DNA of 62,784 nt, filler included, from a bacterium (GTDB lineage: Bacteria > UBP15 > UBA6099 > JAJRTR01): assembly GCA_024278215.1 (NCBI GenBank). It is 5 parts of 5 records of this genome, joined end to end, with 100 filler letters (N's around TTAATTAATTAA, not from the genome) between each part and the next. Parts side by side here need not be neighbours in the genome. Positions count along the whole stretch, not along the records: positions 53,362 to 62,784 come from JAJRTR010000176.1; 4 more parts are not named here. One strand, 5' to 3'. Shown in pieces: positions 57,941 to 62,784 of the stretch. The notes below the pieces were generated by a model. That model was not told where the DNA came from. It saw only the letters and a program-made list of their open reading frames with translations, and did no database searches. A program made the position numbers and the translations under genes. Each line of letters starts with the position of its first letter. Position 1 is the stretch's first letter.

Positions 57941-59557
57941 TTGAACCGACACGCGCAGGAAAACATAAAATCGCAACTGAACGGTCGAATATTGAAAAAG
58001 CTCTTTAGTAAAAAATGGCTGATAAGCATCTCCGCCGTTATCGCCGCGCTGGTGATCGTGATCATGCTGGATTTACGACTCGCCTTTTATTCACTCCCGG
58101 TCGTCATCGTCATTGGAAGTATATTCCTGGTGCTCCACGAACTCGGAAAGCGCAGACCGGCGCTGCCGGACTACAGCCGCCTGCACCTGTGGCTGGGGTT
58201 GATATTCTGGCTGTTGCCCGCCGTGCTGGCGGTGATTTTTCAGGTGATGTTTTTCCGGCTGTTCGGATATTACGGACTGGCGATAATGCTCGCGGGCGGA
58301 GCGGCGGGAATATTCGTCCTCGAGAGCGGTCATGTCGCAGTTCCTATCATCTGCGCCGCCCCGCTGATCTACGCGCTGAAGTTCGCTGTAAGATGCGGCG
58401 ACACGCTCGTGCCTGTTTTGTTCGGTGCTGTGGCCGTGGTTCTGTTTCTTGTCAGAAACATAAAATGGAAACTTCCGGTCGCTGTCAGATTCGCATTATT
58501 CTCACTGATATGCAGTTTTATTTTCTCGGCATACTGGTACATACTGCCGGGAATGCGGGGCTACGGCGATATGGCATCGTCCGGTGCAGATACGCCGGTA
58601 AGGCATATCCGTGAGTTCGAGGATGCCGCACGCAAAACCGGTTTCCCGAGGGAATACTACTCGGTGGTCGAGAATTGCGCGGGCGACACCTTATATCTCA
58701 CCAATCTTTTCAACAGTCCCGGAATAATCGAACTGAATCCCGTCGGCAAACACGTCAAAATGCACAGCCGTCTCCACGGAGCAACAGAGAAGTTGATCTT
58801 CGACTGCCGGGCAGGCCGCGTTTTCACCGCCGAATACACGACCGGATATTTTTACATACTCGACGCGGCTGATCCCGATAAAATAATCACTGCGAAAAAA
58901 ACTTCGATCATCAAACCCAGCAGGATTTACATGTATCCCGATTCGGAGCTCATCTACCTAAACGGCGATCAGCCTTCTTTCCCGTGGTACATCCTGAACA
59001 CGGCCGGAGAAGTCCTCTTTGAATTCGAGTTGGGCCGCATCGAGGAGATTGTCCCCCTGTCCGACGGCTCGTTCCTGACATCGTTCGGCAATGCGATTCA
59101 CCATTTTCGATACGACGACAAAAACAAAAAACTCGAGGAGATAAAAACCGTTGGATTCCCCGAAAAGGGACTCTCCGCTTTCAGGCCCGGCCCCCTGTAC
59201 CAGCATCTGGCGTATGATGAACAGAATGAAACATTGTACATATCCGACTTCAACACAGGCAGGATATACAGCGCGAAAATGCCCGGACTCGAGATACGTG
59301 TCCTGGCAGAACCCGGCAGGAGTATAAGGCACATAGCATATTCAGCGGCATATCATGTCGTCGCGGCGGGCAACTTTGTCACGGGTGATATCTTCATAAT
59401 AGACACACAAACCGGCGACACTGTTTTTAAACAAAACGTCGGCTCCCGCTTAAGAGGCGTCACTGTCTCACGAGACGGCGAAAAAGTTTATGCCGTCAGC
59501 AGGGACGGTGTGTTCGAGATATCACTCGAGAGTGTCTTCAAACACGGTGAACGATAG
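57941..59557 (+). CDS. Multi-TM membrane protein with C-terminal YncE-like beta-propeller
   Basis: Several hydrophobic segments, then blade-like repeats (LYLTN, VFTAE, LYISDFNTGRI, VSRDGEKVYA). Confidence 0.7.
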   Translation: MNRHAQENIKSQLNGRILKKLFSKKWLISISAVIAALVIVIMLDLRLAFYSLPVVIVIGSIFLVLHELGKRRPALPDYSRLHLWLGLIFWLLPAVLAVIFQVMFFRLFGYYGLAIMLAGGAAGIFVLESGHVAVPIICAAPLIYALKFAVRCGDTLVPVLFGAVAVVLFLVRNIKWKLPVAVRFALFSLICSFIFSAYWYILPGMRGYGDMASSGADTPVRHIREFEDAARKTGFPREYYSVVENCAGDTLYLTNLFNSPGIIELNPVGKHVKMHSRLHGATEKLIFDCRAGRVFTAEYTTGYFYILDAADPDKIITAKKTSIIKPSRIYMYPDSELIYLNGDQPSFPWYILNTAGEVLFEFELGRIEEIVPLSDGSFLTSFGNAIHHFRYDDKNKKLEEIKTVGFPEKGLSAFRPGPLYQHLAYDEQNETLYISDFNTGRIYSAKMPGLEIRVLAEPGRSIRHIAYSAAYHVVAAGNFVTGDIFIIDTQTGDTVFKQNVGSRLRGVTVSRDGEKVYAVSRDGVFEISLESVFKHGER

Positions 59558-59688
59558 AAACCGGCGGGCAATAATTTATCTCCCGTATTTGATGGAAAAG
59601 CAGGCGGGCGTTGACTACAATAGTTGAAACTCATCCTGCGACGGTGAAAGGCAGCGTGGTCCGGGATAAAATAACAAAGGGAGGCAGC

Positions 59689-60717
59689 ATGGCAAAAAAA
59701 AGAAAAACCGCGAAAAAAACTGCGCCGAAAAAAATGGCGAAACCCACGAAACATAAATGGCAGATACCGCCCGAAGGCGGACACATGGAATCCGCTTCAG
59801 GACTCTACTACCAGAACATGACATGGGCGGCCATCGAAGAACGACTGAAAACAAACGACACGATAATCCTTCCCATCGGCAGCACCGAGGCGCACGGCCC
59901 CAACGCCTGCACCGGCGAAGACACGTTCCTCGTCACGCGCATGGCCGAGCAGGTGGCGCAGAAAACAGGCTGCACCATCGCGCAGCCCCTGTGGTACGGC
60001 TCACACCCCTACCATCACATGGGCATGCCCGGCACAGTGCTCGTGCCCGAAGATTATTTCATCGGCATGCTCAAGTCCATGATGGCCGGCTTCTGGAACG
60101 CCGGTTTCCGAAAACAAATACTTCTCAATGGACACGGTCAGGAATATGTCATCCCGACGGCTATTCACCAGTTCGCGAAGCATTTCCAGGTGCCCGGCAT
60201 CTTCATCAATCTCAACTGGTACCACGCTGTGCAGGACTACTTCAAAGTGAAGGAAGAGGGCGGAACGTACGACACACATTTCATACACGCCGACGAAGTC
60301 GAGACATCCTGGTCGATGGCACTGTTCCCCGAGTTCATGGATCAGAGCAAAGCCGTAGACACAGTGCCCAGGGGCTACCTGCCCGACGGACACATCGACA
60401 AGGCAGGCAATCTGCTGCACCGGCCCATCGCATGGTACGGACAGGTAGGGTGCGGCCCCGTCGAAATATCCGCCTATCCCGAAGGCTGCGTCGGCAAGTC
60501 CACTCTCGCCGACCCGGAGAAGGCCAAAGAAGGCATCAGCGCCCTGCTCGACTATATGGTCAGGCTCCACGACGACATCATGGCGGCATTCCCGGTCGGC
60601 AAACTCCCGCCCGCGAACGAGCTCACCGAGCGGCCCAAAGAGGAGATCGCGGCAATAACAAAAAAACCGCTCTCCAAAGGCTGGAAAAGCATCTATTCTC
60701 TCGGATACCCGTTCTAA
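59689..60717 (+). CDS. iolN: Creatininase-family hydrolase, IolN-like (3-dehydro-scyllo-inosose hydrolase)
   Basis: PIGSTEAHG, GEDTF, LNGHGQE, FIHADEVETS. KWQIPPEGGHM and GHIDKAGNLLHRPIAWYG recall Thermotoga IolN (from memory). SD AGGGAGG before ATG 59689. Confidence 0.8.
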   Translation: MAKKRKTAKKTAPKKMAKPTKHKWQIPPEGGHMESASGLYYQNMTWAAIEERLKTNDTIILPIGSTEAHGPNACTGEDTFLVTRMAEQVAQKTGCTIAQPLWYGSHPYHHMGMPGTVLVPEDYFIGMLKSMMAGFWNAGFRKQILLNGHGQEYVIPTAIHQFAKHFQVPGIFINLNWYHAVQDYFKVKEEGGTYDTHFIHADEVETSWSMALFPEFMDQSKAVDTVPRGYLPDGHIDKAGNLLHRPIAWYGQVGCGPVEISAYPEGCVGKSTLADPEKAKEGISALLDYMVRLHDDIMAAFPVGKLPPANELTERPKEEIAAITKKPLSKGWKSIYSLGYPF

Positions 60718-60872
60718 GACAGGGCGCTTGGAGTTTACTCCGGGGGTGAGATAAACTATGTGTGCCGTGCTCAAACCGCATTTGTTTGGGCACGAAAAGG
60801 CGACTTGTTTGATTCCGGCTTTGCCAGGTTAGGATATTATCGGTTAAATAGCAAGCGGTAAAAAGGAGAGTT

Positions 60873-62432
60873 ATGTTCGCGAAGGTTCTTTCGGCGGCAA
60901 CACTCGGCATCGACGCTTATGTGGTGGAAGTCGAGATAGACATCTCGAAGTCCGGTCTGCCACGGTTCGACATTGTCGGACTGCCAGACACTGCCGTTAA
61001 AGAAAGCCGCGAGCGTGTGCGCACCGCTATCGAAAACAGCGACCTCGAGTTCTCCTACGACCGCGTTACGGCAAATCTCGCGCCCGCAGACACAAAAAAA
61101 GAAGGGCCTTCCTTCGACCTTCCCATGGCCCTCGGGATGCTCGCCGCACAGGGACTGCTTTTCAACGAAACCGAACACATCGACACGCCCGGACACAAAG
61201 ACCTGGTCTTCATCGGCGAATTGTCGCTCGACGGCAAACTGCGCCCGGTGAGCGGCGTGCTGCCCATAGCTATCATGGTCGGCGAAAACCCCAGCCTGCG
61301 CGGGATCGTGTTGCCGAAAGACAACGCGCCCGAGGCGTCGCTCGTCAGCAACATCGAGATATATCCCGCGGAATCGCTCCACGAACTCGTGCGCTTTTTC
61401 TGGGGTGAGACAAAGATCGAACCATACCCGAACACCGGCTTCGAGGAACTCAAGGAAGCGCACCGCTTCGACGTATGTTTCTCGGAAGTCAAGGGGCAGG
61501 AACACGCCAAGCGCGCACTTGAAATAGCGGCGGCGGGCAATCATAACTGCATCATGGTGGGACCGCCGGGAAGTGGCAAAACGATGCTGGCAAAGCGGCT
61601 GCCGGGTATACTGCCGAGGCTGTCGCGCGAGGAAGCACTCGAGGTGACAAAACTTTACAGCATCGCCGGCCACCTGAAAGCGGGCGAGGCAGTGATCCGG
61701 CGCAGGCCGTTCCGCAACCCGCACCACACTATATCAAATGTGGCGCTCGTGGGCGGCGGTTCCGTGCCGAAACCGGGAGAAGTAAGCCTGGCGCATCACG
61801 GTGTGCTTTTTCTCGACGAAATGACGGAGTTCAAACGCGACGTGCTCGAGGTCCTGCGCCAGCCGCTCGAGGAAGGTTCGGTGACAATATCGCGCGCGTC
61901 GATGTCGCTGACTTTCCCCGCGAGTTTCATCCTCATAGCGGCCATGAACCCCTGCCCATGCGGCTGGTACGGCGACTACTCGCGTGAATGTATATGTTCA
62001 CCGCGCCAGATACAAAGCTATCTTAAAAAAGTGTCCGGCCCGCTGCTCGACCGGATCGACATACACATAGAAACGCCGCGCGTGGAAACCGAGAAACTCA
62101 CTTCGCTGCCCACCGGCGAGCCCAGCGCGAAGATTATCGGACGCACGAACGAGGCCCGCGACCGGCAGCTCAAACGCTACGCCGACGAGCCGATATACTC
62201 GAATTCCGAGCTCAACTCGCGACTTATGAAACAGTACTGCGGGATGCCGCCCGAAGCGGAGGACCTGCTCAAACAGGCGATAAAGACCTACGGCTACACC
62301 GCACGCGCTTATGACCGCATACGCAAACTCGCCCTCACCATCGCCGATCTCGCGGGCCGCGACGGCATTAAAACTGAAGACATCGCGGAAGCCGTCACGC
62401 TTCGAACACTCGACAGAAAATACTGGGGTTGA
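60873..62432 (+). CDS. comM: YifB/ComM Mg-chelatase-like AAA ATPase
   Basis: IVGLPDTAVKESRERV, NLAPAD, GPPGSGKTML, PFRNPHHT, GEVSLAHHGVLFLDE, AMNPCPCG, SGPLLDRID. Confidence 0.95.
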   Translation: MFAKVLSAATLGIDAYVVEVEIDISKSGLPRFDIVGLPDTAVKESRERVRTAIENSDLEFSYDRVTANLAPADTKKEGPSFDLPMALGMLAAQGLLFNETEHIDTPGHKDLVFIGELSLDGKLRPVSGVLPIAIMVGENPSLRGIVLPKDNAPEASLVSNIEIYPAESLHELVRFFWGETKIEPYPNTGFEELKEAHRFDVCFSEVKGQEHAKRALEIAAAGNHNCIMVGPPGSGKTMLAKRLPGILPRLSREEALEVTKLYSIAGHLKAGEAVIRRRPFRNPHHTISNVALVGGGSVPKPGEVSLAHHGVLFLDEMTEFKRDVLEVLRQPLEEGSVTISRASMSLTFPASFILIAAMNPCPCGWYGDYSRECICSPRQIQSYLKKVSGPLLDRIDIHIETPRVETEKLTSLPTGEPSAKIIGRTNEARDRQLKRYADEPIYSNSELNSRLMKQYCGMPPEAEDLLKQAIKTYGYTARAYDRIRKLALTIADLAGRDGIKTEDIAEAVTLRTLDRKYWG

Positions 62433-62647
62433 TTCCATTATGTCGTCCAGTGAATGGACAGACAAATATCAGGATAAAAAGATGGCCACAGCTTGCAAAA
62501 GTAAGTTGCGTATCCGAAAACACATATCTATTTTGATGAAGTTGTGTTAAAAATATAGGGGCATCCGGGAATCAAGTGGGTGACCACAACATGTAGTGTA
62601 GAAAGGAGAGAAAGGCGAGTTTATCGCATTCAGGACGATAACAGGAG

Positions 62648-62684
62648 AGAAAAAGAAAGAGAGGCCCCATTGAGAGGGCCTCTC
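62648..62684 (-). terminator. Terminator-like hairpin
   Basis: 9-bp stem GAGAGGCCC/GGGCCTCTC followed on the minus strand by a T-rich tract. Confidence 0.5.
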
Positions 62685-62784
62685 CAGTTACCGTCACCAG
62701 TCGCGGCGCTCGGGTCGCTCTCCAGCGTTGCCCTATCCTCCGAACTGGCGGGATCATGATAACATAAAGGAGGCTGGATTGAGA

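Noticed and set aside
59757-60749. 330-aa Arg/His-rich alternative-frame ORF
   Set aside because: Off-frame product of GC-biased codon use within the IolN-like gene.
60873-62432. comM disrupted by an integrated element (a known hotspot)
   Set aside because: The gene is full-length and uninterrupted here.

Overview
Bacterial draft or metagenome-assembled DNA made of five unrelated contigs joined by artificial 100-nt N-TTAATTAATTAA-N linkers (27526-27625, 42325-42424, 47587-47686, 53262-53361). Gene adjacency across these linkers means nothing. Contig 1 carries the edge of an integrated element (a large serine recombinase reading through tRNA-Ser), dnaG-rpoD, larB/larE, scpAB, a tRNA nucleotidyltransferase, a Vor-type 2-oxoacid:ferredoxin oxidoreductase, asnB with two GT4 glycosyltransferases, an unclassified glycyl-radical enzyme with its activase, and an F1Fo ATP synthase operon (atpA has an in-frame TAA; atpG appears to start at ATT). 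Contig 2 carries fliD with a consensus sigma-28 promoter, a Wza-like gene, two tandem CHASE2 class III cyclases, a large tri-heme lipoprotein, an FAH-family hydrolase and an Fe-ADH. Contigs 3-5 carry a secreted glycosidase-like protein, DUF47-Pit, a methyltransferase, an atypical ExbB/ExbD-like pair, flgF/flgG, a radical SAM-DegT pair, an IolN-like hydrolase and comM. At least three MITE-like repeat families occur, one nested inside another. Best finding: the two tandem cyclases have lost exactly complementary catalytic residues. One keeps only the metal-binding (mammalian C1-like) set and the other only the C2-like set, which predicts an obligate heterodimeric bacterial adenylate cyclase with one active site and one degenerate pocket. 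One subunit also has an 18-cysteine insertion in its extracytoplasmic sensor region. All family assignments come from motif recognition only; no searches were run.
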